A stretch of DNA of 63,038 nt, counting the filler, from a bacterium (GTDB lineage Bacteria > JALSQH01): NCBI GenBank assembly GCA_026985515.1. It is 5 parts of 5 records of this genome, joined end to end, with 100 filler letters (N's around TTAATTAATTAA, not from the genome) between each part and the next. Parts side by side here need not be neighbours in the genome. Positions count along the whole stretch, not along the records: positions 46,665 to 53,092 come from JALSQH010000256.1; positions 53,193 to 59,511 come from JALSQH010000259.1; 3 more parts are not named here. The stretch is one strand, 5' to 3'. Shown piece by piece: positions 50,331 to 59,611 of this stretch. The notes under the pieces are model-generated. The model was not told the DNA's origin. It did no database searches and saw only the letters and a list, made by a program, of their open reading frames with translations. Position numbers and translations under genes: made by a program. Every line of letters starts with the position of its first letter. Position 1 is the first letter of the stretch.

Positions 50331-52994
50331 ATGAAAAGAAGATATTCAGGAAATGAGTTGAGGAAACTGTTTTTGCGCTTCTTTGAGGAGCGGGGTCATA
50401 CCGTCGTACCCAGTTCCCCCCTTGTTCCCTATGATGATCCGTCACTTCTCTTCACCAACGCCGGGATGGTTCAGTTCAAAAGAGTTTTCCTTGGTGAGGA
50501 GAAGAGGAGTTACACAAGGGCAACCTCATGTCAGAAGTGCCTCAGAGTTGGAGGGAAGCACAATGATCTGGAAAATGTGGGGCATACAGCAAGGCACCAC
50601 ACTTTTTTTGAGATGCTTGGTAATTTCTCCTTCGGTGACTACTTCAAAAGGGAGGCTATAAATTACGCCTGGGAGTTTTTGACAGAGGTAATCGGTCTGG
50701 ATAAAGACAGGTTGTACATAACAGTCCATGAGCAGGATGATGAGGCTTTTGAAATCTGGGAAAAAGAGATAGGCATTCCTGCCAGTAGAATCTACCGTAT
50801 GGGGGATAAAGACAATTTCTGGGCTATGGGGGACACGGGACCATGTGGTCCATGTTCGGAGATTATCTATGATCAGGGTGAAGATTTCCCCTGTCCCCCA
50901 GGAGAAGATTATGTGGGTGGGGAGTGTGACAGGTACCTTGAGGTATGGAATCTTGTTTTCATGCAGTACAACAGGGATGAGAAGGGTAATCTGACACCTC
51001 TCCCCAGACCCAGCATTGATACTGGAATGGGTCTTGAGAGACTTGCCGCCATTGTTCTGGGAGTCAGAAACAATTTTGATACTGATCTCTTTTCCGGTAT
51101 TATCAGGAGAATAGAGGATCTCACAGGTGTGGCCTATCATGAAGATGAGGAAACCGATACTGCAATAAGAGTCATAGCTGACCACTCCAGGGCTGTGGCT
51201 TTCCTCATTGCTGATGGAGTCCTCCCCTCCAATGAGGGAAGAGGATATGTTTTGAGAAGGATCATCCGGAGAGCTCTTCGCTACGCAAGAAAACTTGGGA
51301 TGAAAAAACCCTTTTTCTACAACGTGTGTCAGCAAGTAGTGGAGGATTACGGAAACACATACCCCGAACTCGTAAAGTCCTCCAGCCTGATTACTCAGGT
51401 GGTTAAGGGAGAAGAAGAGAGGTTTGGTGAGACCCTCGAAAAAGGTTTGAAACTGTTTGAAGAGGAGGTGAGAATTCTTGAGCAGGAAGGGGAGAGGGTG
51501 ATTCCGGGAGACTTTGCATTTAAACTTTACGATACATACGGATTTCCCCTGGATCTTACCCAGTTAATAGCCAGGGAGAGGGGTTTTGATGTGGATGTGG
51601 ATGGATTTAACAGGGAAATGGAAAAGCAGAAGAAGAGAGCAAAGGAGGCATGGAAGGGTGGAAAAGAGGCTGATGAGAGAAATGTTTATGTGGAAATAAT
51701 GAAACAGGTGGGTGAAACGGAATTTGTGGGTTACACCCAGTTTGAGGCTCTCGGCGTTGTAAAGGCGATACTGAAAAATGGTAAAATAGTTGATGAAGCG
51801 TCAGAGGGGGATGATGTTGAGTTGATAACTTCTGTAACCCCCTTTTACGGAGAATCGGGTGGTCAGGTTGGTGATACCGGGTTTTTCCGGGGTGATGGGT
51901 TTGAAGGAGAAATTTATGATACACAGAAACCGCTGCTGGGTCTCATAGTTCATAAGGCTATTATAAAAAAAGGCAGAATGAGAACTGGAGACTCCATTTA
52001 CCTTAAAATCGACGAAGATAGAAGAAGAAACATTATGGCCAACCATACAGCCACCCATCTTCTTCACAGGGCTTTGAAGAATATTTTAGGTGAACATGTC
52101 AACCAGAGTGGATCTCTTGTTGGTCCCGATTATCTCAGGTTCGACTTTACCCATTTTACCGGTATGAGTGAGGAGGAGATAAGAGCTGTGGAGGAGGAGG
52201 TAAACCGCAAGATTTTTGAAGCCATCCCCGTTAAAGTTGAAATTATGAAGTATGCCGAAGCTGTTGCCTCGGGGGCAGTGGCTCTCTTTGAGGAGAAGTA
52301 TGGTGAAACTGTAAGGGTTGTACAGGTTGGAGATTACAGCAGGGAACTGTGTGGTGGTACGCATGTTTCCAACACTTCCCACATAGGAATTTTCAAGATT
52401 GTTTCTGAATCTGCTGTGGCAGCGGGTATCAGAAGAATTGAGGCTGTTACCAGAGAGGGAGCATACAGATTTTTTGCCCGACTTCATTCTGATATGAAGG
52501 ATCTTTCTCATATCTTCAATGTTTCTCTGGATGGAGTGAAGGATAGAGCTGAACAGGTGTTGAAGAAGGTTGAGGACCAGGAAAGAGAGATTGAGAGTCT
52601 GAGAAAGAAGATTCTGTCTCTGGAACTTGGTGGAACTTCATCTGCAGAGCCGCAGTTTGAAGAGATCAATGGAGTGAAAGTGGCTCTAAAAGAACTCTCC
52701 GTGGATTCAGATAGGCAATTAAAGGATGCTGTTGACCAGTTGAAGGCAAAGATAAAGAGTGGTGTGGTTGCAGTTGCAGGTAATGTTAAGGGCAAAGCTG
52801 TTATAATCGTGGCAGTAACCAGGGATCTAACTGACAGGTTCAACGCAGGTCAGATTGTCAGAGAAGCTGCAAGGATAATTGGAGGTGGTGGAGGAGGTAG
52901 TCCCACCTTTGCCCAGGGAGGTGGCAGGGATCCATCCAGACTGCGTGAAGCCCTGGATAAGGTACGGGAGATTGTTAAGAAAGTTACTCCTTGA
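50331..52994 (+). CDS. alaS: Alanine--tRNA ligase
   Basis: FTNAGMVQFK, HHTFFEMLGNFSFGDYFK, DTGMGLER, HTATHLLH, ELCGGTH, GGGGG...AQGGG. Confidence 0.99.
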   Translation: MKRRYSGNELRKLFLRFFEERGHTVVPSSPLVPYDDPSLLFTNAGMVQFKRVFLGEEKRSYTRATSCQKCLRVGGKHNDLENVGHTARHHTFFEMLGNFSFGDYFKREAINYAWEFLTEVIGLDKDRLYITVHEQDDEAFEIWEKEIGIPASRIYRMGDKDNFWAMGDTGPCGPCSEIIYDQGEDFPCPPGEDYVGGECDRYLEVWNLVFMQYNRDEKGNLTPLPRPSIDTGMGLERLAAIVLGVRNNFDTDLFSGIIRRIEDLTGVAYHEDEETDTAIRVIADHSRAVAFLIADGVLPSNEGRGYVLRRIIRRALRYARKLGMKKPFFYNVCQQVVEDYGNTYPELVKSSSLITQVVKGEEERFGETLEKGLKLFEEEVRILEQEGERVIPGDFAFKLYDTYGFPLDLTQLIARERGFDVDVDGFNREMEKQKKRAKEAWKGGKEADERNVYVEIMKQVGETEFVGYTQFEALGVVKAILKNGKIVDEASEGDDVELITSVTPFYGESGGQVGDTGFFRGDGFEGEIYDTQKPLLGLIVHKAIIKKGRMRTGDSIYLKIDEDRRRNIMANHTATHLLHRALKNILGEHVNQSGSLVGPDYLRFDFTHFTGMSEEEIRAVEEEVNRKIFEAIPVKVEIMKYAEAVASGAVALFEEKYGETVRVVQVGDYSRELCGGTHVSNTSHIGIFKIVSESAVAAGIRRIEAVTREGAYRFFARLHSDMKDLSHIFNVSLDGVKDRAEQVLKKVEDQEREIESLRKKILSLELGGTSSAEPQFEEINGVKVALKELSVDSDRQLKDAVDQLKAKIKSGVVAVAGNVKGKAVIIVAVTRDLTDRFNAGQIVREAARIIGGGGGGSPTFAQGGGRDPSRLREALDKVREIVKKVTP

Positions 52995-53092
52995 AGATTC
53001 TGTTAAGGAGAGCTTTCAGGTCCTTTGTAGTGAAAGGTTTGGTCAGATAATCGATCACACCTGTGAGTTCTTTAAATTTTTCACCCACCTTA
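52984..53092 (-). CDS. Response-regulator receiver domain, C-terminal fragment (not in ORF track)
   Basis: Manual translation KVGEKFKELTGVIDYLTKPFTTKDLKALLNRIFKE* matches the REC beta5/alpha5 KPF motif. Confidence 0.75.
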
Positions 53093-53192
53093 NNNNNNNN
53101 NNNNNNNNNNNNNNNNNNNNNNNNNNNNNNNNNNNNTTAATTAATTAANNNNNNNNNNNNNNNNNNNNNNNNNNNNNNNNNNNNNNNNNNNN
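53093..53192. other. Artificial contig linker
   Basis: N44-TTAATTAATTAA-N44. Confidence 0.98.
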
Positions 53193-53193
53193 T

Positions 53194-53394
53194 GACTGGC
53201 AGGAGCCCACCATGTGGGGATTTTTGAAGGTTGATGGAAAAACATTTCCGGCCAGCTGCAAACCATCCATGGATGGAGTAACGGATGAGAAAGTGTTGGA
53301 GCAGATTGAGATAAATGGGGTGATTAACTGCGTATTGATAAATTACTGGGGTCTGCTGGATGATATTGAGGGGGCAGGGTTTTTTGTGAGATAA
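53194..53394 (+). CDS. Hypothetical protein, C-terminal fragment
   Basis: Frame open from the gap: DWQEPTMWGFLKVDG...GAGFFVR*. Confidence 0.45.
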   Translation, partial: DWQEPTMWGFLKVDGKTFPASCKPSMDGVTDEKVLEQIEINGVINCVLINYWGLLDDIEGAGFFVR

Positions 53395-53458
53395 AAGGTT
53401 TCTTGAACACAGAATTTTCTGGGACTGTGGGTAGAAGGGGCAGGTATCTGCAATGAAA

Positions 53459-53559
53459 TACCCCCAATCTCAATTAGGAGATTTTGGGTAACTCGGTTAT
53501 TTTAAAAACATACCCTGTATCGTTCCGTCACCTAAATGGTGACGGAATGTAAGATACAG
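53459..53559. repeat. Tandem inverted repeats (structured intergenic element)
   Basis: TACCC..AATCTC/GAGATT..GGGTA (53459-53490) and CTGTATC-G-TTCCGTCACC-TAAAT-GGTGACGGAA-TGTAA-GATACAG (53515-53559). Confidence 0.7.
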
Positions 53560-53620
53560 ATTTATAAGGATAAAAAGGCATACGCTGGATTAACAAAATT
53601 TCTATTCGGGGACTTCGGAT

Positions 53621-54466
53621 TCACTCCTCCTGAAGCACCTTCTGTAAAATCTTTTCGCTTTCCTCTTTCGCTTCAGGATTATCTGGAATTATCCACCTGT
53701 TTCCGTAGATTGATTCTCCTCCGTCCACCCTTATGGTCTCCCCGGTGATAAAATCTCCTGCTGGAGATGCCAGAAATATTACTGCGTAGGCCACCTCCTC
53801 AGCTCTCCCGTATCTTTTGAGAGGTATCCATTCCCTTGCCATTTCCACAACTTCACGGGGATAAACTTTCATTCCTGATGTTGCTATGGTGCCTGGAGCA
53901 ACAGCGTTGACTCTGATGTTGTACTGCGCCCATTCAATGGCAAGGGACATGGTTAAGTTAACCACCCCTGCCCTCGCCGCACCGGTGTGAGCAAGTCCTG
54001 GAAATCCATTCCACATATTTGCCACTATGTTAATAATTTTTCCATACCTGTGTGGTATCATCCATTTTTTTGCCACGCTCCATGTTACATTGAAAGTGCC
54101 ATTCAGATTGTTGTTTATAACTGCCGCCCACCCCTTTGGGGTCATATTTTCCACAGGAGAGGGAAACTGCCCCCCTGCATTATTCACGAGAATATCCACA
54201 CCTCCGAGATTTTCAATAACCCATTCCACAAAATTTTCAACGGAATCCGCGTCTCTTATGTCACAGGTATGAGCTATAACTTTTAAATTTTCCTTCTGAA
54301 ACTCTTTCAGAGCTTTTTTCAGCTTTTCCTCTTTTCTACCGCAGATGGCAACTTCTGCTCCTAACCGGGCCATCTGCAGTGTTATTTCCTTCCCTATTCC
54401 TGACCCTCCTCCAGTTACTATGGCTCTCTTCCCTTTTAAAAGACCCTCTCTGAAAACAGGATGCAT
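53621..54466 (-). CDS. SDR oxidoreductase, trans-2-enoyl-/2,4-dienoyl-CoA reductase-like
   Basis: TGGGSGIG, NNAGGQF, AHTGAARAGV, NAVAPG, ITGETIRVDGG. Confidence 0.88.
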   Translation of the reverse strand: MHPVFREGLLKGKRAIVTGGGSGIGKEITLQMARLGAEVAICGRKEEKLKKALKEFQKENLKVIAHTCDIRDADSVENFVEWVIENLGGVDILVNNAGGQFPSPVENMTPKGWAAVINNNLNGTFNVTWSVAKKWMIPHRYGKIINIVANMWNGFPGLAHTGAARAGVVNLTMSLAIEWAQYNIRVNAVAPGTIATSGMKVYPREVVEMAREWIPLKRYGRAEEVAYAVIFLASPAGDFITGETIRVDGGESIYGNRWIIPDNPEAKEESEKILQKVLQEE

Positions 54467-54486
54467 GACAACCCTCCTTTTCTGTA

Positions 54487-54536
54487 AGTATAATGGGATA
54501 TGCGCTATTTGACAAAATGATTTTGTTATATAAACT
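54487..54536. promoter_or_regulatory. Divergent promoters with overlapping -35 hexamers
   Basis: Minus: TTGTCA(54515-54510)-N17-TATACT(54492-54487). Plus: TTGACA(54509-54514)-N16-TAAACT(54531-54536). Confidence 0.6.
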
Positions 54537-54549
54537 TTTACATAACGAT
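54525..54549. promoter_or_regulatory. ModE-binding box
   Basis: GTTATATA-N6-TACATAACGAT matches the ModE consensus ATCGNTATATA-N6-TATATANCGAT; overlaps the -10 and the modE start. Confidence 0.8.
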
Positions 54550-55294
54550 GAATCAGGTGGAGAAGTTAATTTACTCATTGTCAAGGGAAAGATATGTGAG
54601 ATTTCTAAATCTTCTTGCACAGAGGCACTCCATCTTATCGGCTTCAAAAGAGGCTGGTGTCAGTTACAGGAAGGCGTGGGAAATAGTTGAAACACTGCGG
54701 GAAATCTTTGGCAGTGAGATTTTTGATACCAGAATAGGTGGAATTCATGGTGGCGGAACCTATATAACATCACAGGGGGAGGAGGTGCTGGAGTATCTTG
54801 AGAAATTCCGCACTCTGTTTGTTAACGAACTTGGTGTGATGGAAAAAAAGGGACTGAGTGAGCTGATCGCTCTTATTAAAAGAAGAAGAGTCCGCACCAG
54901 TGCCCGCAATCAACTTGAGGGAGTGGTAAATTCTATTTCCAGAAAAGGGATCATTGTTGATGTTGAGATAGATGTAAAGGGATTCTTTTTTCTCACCAGG
55001 ATAACTGAAAAAAGCCTTAAAGATCTTGATCTGCAAAAAGGAAAAGATGTTTTCCTTCTTATCAAAGCTCCACATGTCAGGATTGTTAAAAATTGTAAGG
55101 GTTATAATTGCTTTGAAGGTGTTGTTGAGAGTATTTCCGGAGAGAAGGGAGGGGATTCCCCATACTTTGAAGCGGAAATTTCCCTGTCACCAGATTTGAC
55201 CCTTGTATCTGTGGTAACAGATAAGACAATTTTGCAGAGGAAAGGGAAAGTTAAGATTTTCATACCTCCGGAGGAAATAATTGTGGGAGTTTAG
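54548..55294 (+). CDS. modE: ModE-family regulator (winged HTH plus TOBE/Mop domains)
   Basis: SILSASKEAGVSYRKAW, GGIHGGGT, RTSARNQLEG, ITEKSLKDLDL, LIKAPHV. Confidence 0.88.
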   Translation: MNQVEKLIYSLSRERYVRFLNLLAQRHSILSASKEAGVSYRKAWEIVETLREIFGSEIFDTRIGGIHGGGTYITSQGEEVLEYLEKFRTLFVNELGVMEKKGLSELIALIKRRRVRTSARNQLEGVVNSISRKGIIVDVEIDVKGFFFLTRITEKSLKDLDLQKGKDVFLLIKAPHVRIVKNCKGYNCFEGVVESISGEKGGDSPYFEAEISLSPDLTLVSVVTDKTILQRKGKVKIFIPPEEIIVGV

Positions 55295-55297
55295 AAG

Positions 55298-56239
55298 ATG
55301 AAAAAATGGCTTATTTTATTTTTTCTCCTTGTTTCCCCTCTCTTTGCAGGCAGTAAAGTTATACTGAAGGTTTTTCACGCTGGCAGTCTCTCTATTCCAT
55401 TCAGGGAAATGAAAGAGGAGTTTGAAGAGAAACATCCAGAAGTGGAGGTTAGACTTGAACCAAGTGGGAGTGTTCTTGCCATCAGAAAGATCACTGATCT
55501 TCACAAATCGGCTGACGTGGTGGCTGTGGCTGATTATTCACTCATAGAGAAGATGCTTTTCCCCACTTATGCAGATAGAGTTTATATCTTTGGAGCAAAC
55601 GAGATGGTTCTGGCATTTTCAGATCACTCAAAATATCACAGGTTAATTAATGAAAGAAACTGGTATGAAATTCTTTCTATGCCCGGAGTTAAGTGGGGCT
55701 TTTCCAATCCTCTCCTGGACCCCTGTGGTTACAGTACCCTTGTAACAATTGCTCTTGCTGAGGAGTATTACAGAAAAAAAATCTTTAGCGAGCTTGTTTC
55801 ACCCTTTCTGAATGTAACCTTCTCCGGGAGAAAGATTCTCCTTCCATCTGAAATAAAATTGAAGGGAAGAAAAGTTTATATGCGTCCCAAGGCTGTTGAA
55901 CTCCTTGGTCTGATTGAAAGTGGTTTTCTTGACTATATTTTTGAATATCGCAGTGTTGCAATGCAGCATCGTCTGAAATTTTTAAAATTGCCTGAGGAAA
56001 TTAATCTTTCATCGTTGAAATTCAGAAAATATTACTCAGGCGTAAAAATCCTCTTTCCATCGGGGAAGATAATTTCGGGGAAGCCCATTCTGTATGGTAT
56101 TTCACCTTTACTTAACGCTCCTCATCCTCACTGGGCCCGGGAGTGGGTGAAGTTTGTTACCGGGAAGAGAGGTGCGGAGATAATGGAGAGAAATTTTCAG
56201 AAGAGTATATATCCACCAGTGGTGGAAAAAGCACGATGA
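55298..56239 (+). CDS. wtpA: Tungstate/molybdate ABC transporter binding protein (WtpA class)
   Basis: VFHAGSLS, SGSVLAIRKITDL, SNPLLDPCGY, DYIFEYRSVAMQH, LPEEINLS. Confidence 0.92.
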   Translation: MKKWLILFFLLVSPLFAGSKVILKVFHAGSLSIPFREMKEEFEEKHPEVEVRLEPSGSVLAIRKITDLHKSADVVAVADYSLIEKMLFPTYADRVYIFGANEMVLAFSDHSKYHRLINERNWYEILSMPGVKWGFSNPLLDPCGYSTLVTIALAEEYYRKKIFSELVSPFLNVTFSGRKILLPSEIKLKGRKVYMRPKAVELLGLIESGFLDYIFEYRSVAMQHRLKFLKLPEEINLSSLKFRKYYSGVKILFPSGKIISGKPILYGISPLLNAPHPHWAREWVKFVTGKRGAEIMERNFQKSIYPPVVEKAR

Positions 56240-57012
56240 GAAACGGGGTATTGAGGATAAGTTTCTTTTCAGAGTTGATCCTGATTTCTGTTTTGTTAAC
56301 TCCAATCTTGATTTTTCTATTTAAGACTGATCCTGCTATGCTGAAAAAAGTTGCCGGTGATGGAGAGGTATGGAGAGCAATTGAAGTAACTTTTTTCTCT
56401 GCCTTTGTGTCTACACTCCTTGGTGTCATAATCGGTGTGCCTGCCGGATACTTTCTTGCGAGAAAGAGAGGTGCTGTTTTTAGATTTATTGAAAATCTGG
56501 TGGTGTTGCCCACCCTCATTCCTCACGCAATAGTGGGAATTATGATCCTCTTGCTATCTACAGAAAATAATGTAGTTGGTTCTCTCCTTCAAAAAGCAGG
56601 AATATATTTTGTTGATCACTTTGTCGGGATTGTTGCAGTAGTGTTTTTTGTAAGTGTTTCATACATTGTTTCTTCTGCAATTTCTGGATTTACATCTTTC
56701 CCCGTATCCATCGAAGAAACTTCATATACTCTCGGCATAGGGAGTGTCAAGACCTTCTTGCACATTTCTCTGCCTCTGGCCTTTCCATCAATATTAAGGG
56801 GAGCAATTTTATCCTTTGCCAGAGCGATGAGCGAGACGGGTGCACTCCTGATAGTTGCCACCTATCCCAGGACTGCACAGATTCTTATTCTTGACCGTTT
56901 TGAAACCTCAGGTTTAAAGGAGGCTCAGGCTATTTCCTTTATAGTCATTTTTCTGAGCCTCACTCTTTTTGGATTACTTTTTATCACAGGCACAGGAAAG
57001 AAGAGGATATGA
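56236..57012 (+). CDS. wtpB: Tungstate/molybdate ABC transporter permease
   Basis: GVPAGYFLAR, LPTLIPHAIVGI, EETSYTLG, SFARAMSETGA; ATGA coupling. Confidence 0.88.
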   Translation: MRNGVLRISFFSELILISVLLTPILIFLFKTDPAMLKKVAGDGEVWRAIEVTFFSAFVSTLLGVIIGVPAGYFLARKRGAVFRFIENLVVLPTLIPHAIVGIMILLLSTENNVVGSLLQKAGIYFVDHFVGIVAVVFFVSVSYIVSSAISGFTSFPVSIEETSYTLGIGSVKTFLHISLPLAFPSILRGAILSFARAMSETGALLIVATYPRTAQILILDRFETSGLKEAQAISFIVIFLSLTLFGLLFITGTGKKRI

Positions 57013-57719
57013 GCAGGAGAATGTATGTTCATTTTGAAAAAAAGTTTGAAAATTTTGAAGTAAATGTGGAACTGGATTACGACCTTGAGAAGTACCATGT
57101 TATCATTGGTCCGAGCGGCAGTGGAAAGACCCTCACTCTCAGGTTTATTGCAGGCCTGGAGAGTGGCAAAGGCAGGGTGGAATTTGAAGGGAGAGAGATA
57201 ACGAAATTTCCTCCCCAGAGGAGAAGGATTGTATATATACCGCAGGATGAGTCCCTTTTTCCTACCATGACGGTGCAAATGAATCTTCTGGCAGGTGTTA
57301 AACTCGGGAAGAGTGATTTTGACAGAGATCTGTTTGAGAGAATTGTTGACGTTTTCAAAATAGAGCATCTACTTGATAGATATCCATCCACGCTCTCAGC
57401 AGGTGAAAAACAGCGTGTTACTCTCGGAAGAGCAATAATGGTAAAGCCCAGGTTACTACTCCTCGATGAGCCTTTTTCCTCCCTTGATTTTCACATTAAA
57501 CTTGAATTGATAGAATTTTTAAAAAATGTGAAAAAAGAATTTGGTACTTCATTTATTCATGTAACCCACGACCCCATTGAGGCTAAATTGCTTGCAGAAT
57601 GCGTTACAGTAATAGAGGAAGGAAAAGTAACTTACAGAGGAAATTTTACCACCCTTGTGGAGTCCTCCCGGAGTAGATTTACAGAAAGAGTGTCTGAATT
57701 CTTTTCCTATTTGAAGTAG
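57009..57719 (+). CDS. wtpC: Tungstate/molybdate ABC transporter ATPase
   Basis: GPSGSGKT, LSAGEKQRV, LLLDEPFSSLD, HVTHD. Confidence 0.88.
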   Translation: MSRRMYVHFEKKFENFEVNVELDYDLEKYHVIIGPSGSGKTLTLRFIAGLESGKGRVEFEGREITKFPPQRRRIVYIPQDESLFPTMTVQMNLLAGVKLGKSDFDRDLFERIVDVFKIEHLLDRYPSTLSAGEKQRVTLGRAIMVKPRLLLLDEPFSSLDFHIKLELIEFLKNVKKEFGTSFIHVTHDPIEAKLLAECVTVIEEGKVTYRGNFTTLVESSRSRFTERVSEFFSYLK

Positions 57720-59511
57720 TAGGTTTTTGTAACATATTGTTTCAATTCACTTTCGTTAAAAATGAGCGGTTGATATTCTCCTTTCATCCACATTTCAAAC
57801 TGGTCAAAACTGTTCCTCCAGTCCTCATCATTGGAGCCGGGCAGAACTCCAAATGCCCTTACGGGTCCACTTTTATCAAACTCCACTATAAGTCTTACGG
57901 AAGCTCCATCAATGTGAAGATAATTTTTAACACTGTCTGTAGAAAGTTCACCCCCGGGATTTACTGTGAAATCATCTCCATCAGTTGGAATCCCCAATCT
58001 TGACCATTGGTAGGCAGGAGAGAACATTACCAGTTTGTGTACATTACCCCATCTTAACTTTTCAGGATCGGTCACTTTTTGCAGTTGCATCATCGTCTTA
58101 ACAGATTTCCTCAGTGCAAGTAAAACATCATACTCCCTCGTTTCAACCTGGGGGGTAGAAACATTGTCAAAGAGAACGCTGTTCTTCTTTTCCTTCATAA
58201 TGTAGTAGAGGGATTTAATGTAGGTACATGGAAGACCAGTTTCAGGTAGAGGTACGCTGTACTTTTCAGCTTCATCCTGATAAACAACATATTTCATGTA
58301 CTTGAGCCAGCCCTCAAATATTGAAGTTGCGGCACTGTCCAGTTTTTCCTGTTCACTGTATGTTCTGAATCTGTCAGATACTCCTGAATAAATGTGAAAA
58401 GACCATTTTTTAAGTAGTTGAATTACGCTGTTGTAATCAATTCCATCCTCACTGCTCCACTGCTGAAGCAGGTCACCTCTTACATCAGCAGCTTCAAGGA
58501 TGTCTGGTACAAACTGGGTTGCAAGAAGTGAGTAAACATCTTTATGCATTTTCATGGCATAGTTAATATCGAGGGTGTTGTTTCTTTTACCCTCGTTAAT
58601 CATGTCGTCTATTCTTTCAGCTCTGTATCCCGGCCATTTGCTGAAATAGTAATAGTAACCTGTAGATGTAAGGTTGTAGGGGTATTCTGGATTGATCTTA
58701 TAAGGCGGTTCAAACCTCTCCCCATGCAGGATCCCAAAAATGTCATTATTCGCTGTGGAGATATACCCCCTTTCAGGGTTGAGAAGTCTGGGGATTTTAT
58801 CGTCGGGAATATACCCGACCCATTTTCCCTCATTTGTGTAGCCATCCATCAATCTCCATGGTCTGGAGCCGCTTGCTCTTATAGGAATGAGAGCATGGGG
58901 ATAGTAGGCAATGTCGTTATTGCGATCAATCATTACGAAATTCTGTGCACCAACTCCAAAGTAATTCAGAGCCCTGAAAAAGTCATCCACAGTTGATGCT
59001 GTAAAGAGATTGAAGTATGCCTCCATCTCATGCGTGGCGTCATATCCCGGCCATCTGAAAGAAATTGCCACCCCATCAGTTGGAGGCGTGGCAAAGGGAT
59101 CAGTGGCAAGATCATCCCACATAATAATAACTGAATCATCAGGGATATAGTAGACAGCCATTGCTTTATTAATCCATCTATCTGTGTCAACCCTGACCTT
59201 ATATGGAAGTACCACACTTTGAAGTTTCACATCTCCGTCTATTTTTCTAACATAATATCCATCATCCCCCCTGTATATGTGTTGAAGCCATACATCAGCA
59301 ACATCGTACCCCGTCATGGTAACACCCCAGGCAATATTTTCGTTGAATCCGATCATGACACCAGGAATTCCTGAGAGTACATATCCCATCAGTCTGATAT
59401 TTCCGCTTCCGTGAGTTTTTGAATCAAAGTAGAAACCCTGCCAGACGGGAGGGGTGAGAAGGGGCAGATGGGGGTCATTGGCAAGGATGGGATTTCCATC
59501 TTTTGTTATTT
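57707..59511 (-). CDS. Penicillin acylase-family Ntn hydrolase (partial; 5' end in gap)
   Basis: Frame extends to the gap: TKDGNPILANDPHLPLLTPPVW; PGVMIGFNENIAWGVT, AQNFV, NPERGYISTANN, YRAERI, WGNVH. Confidence 0.92.
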
Positions 59512-59611
59512 NNNNNNNNNNNNNNNNNNNNNNNNNNNNNNNNNNNNNNNNNNNNTTAATTAATTAANNNNNNNNNNNNNNNNNNNNNNNNNNNNNNNNN
59601 NNNNNNNNNNN
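59512..59611. other. Artificial contig linker
   Basis: N44-TTAATTAATTAA-N44. Confidence 0.98.
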
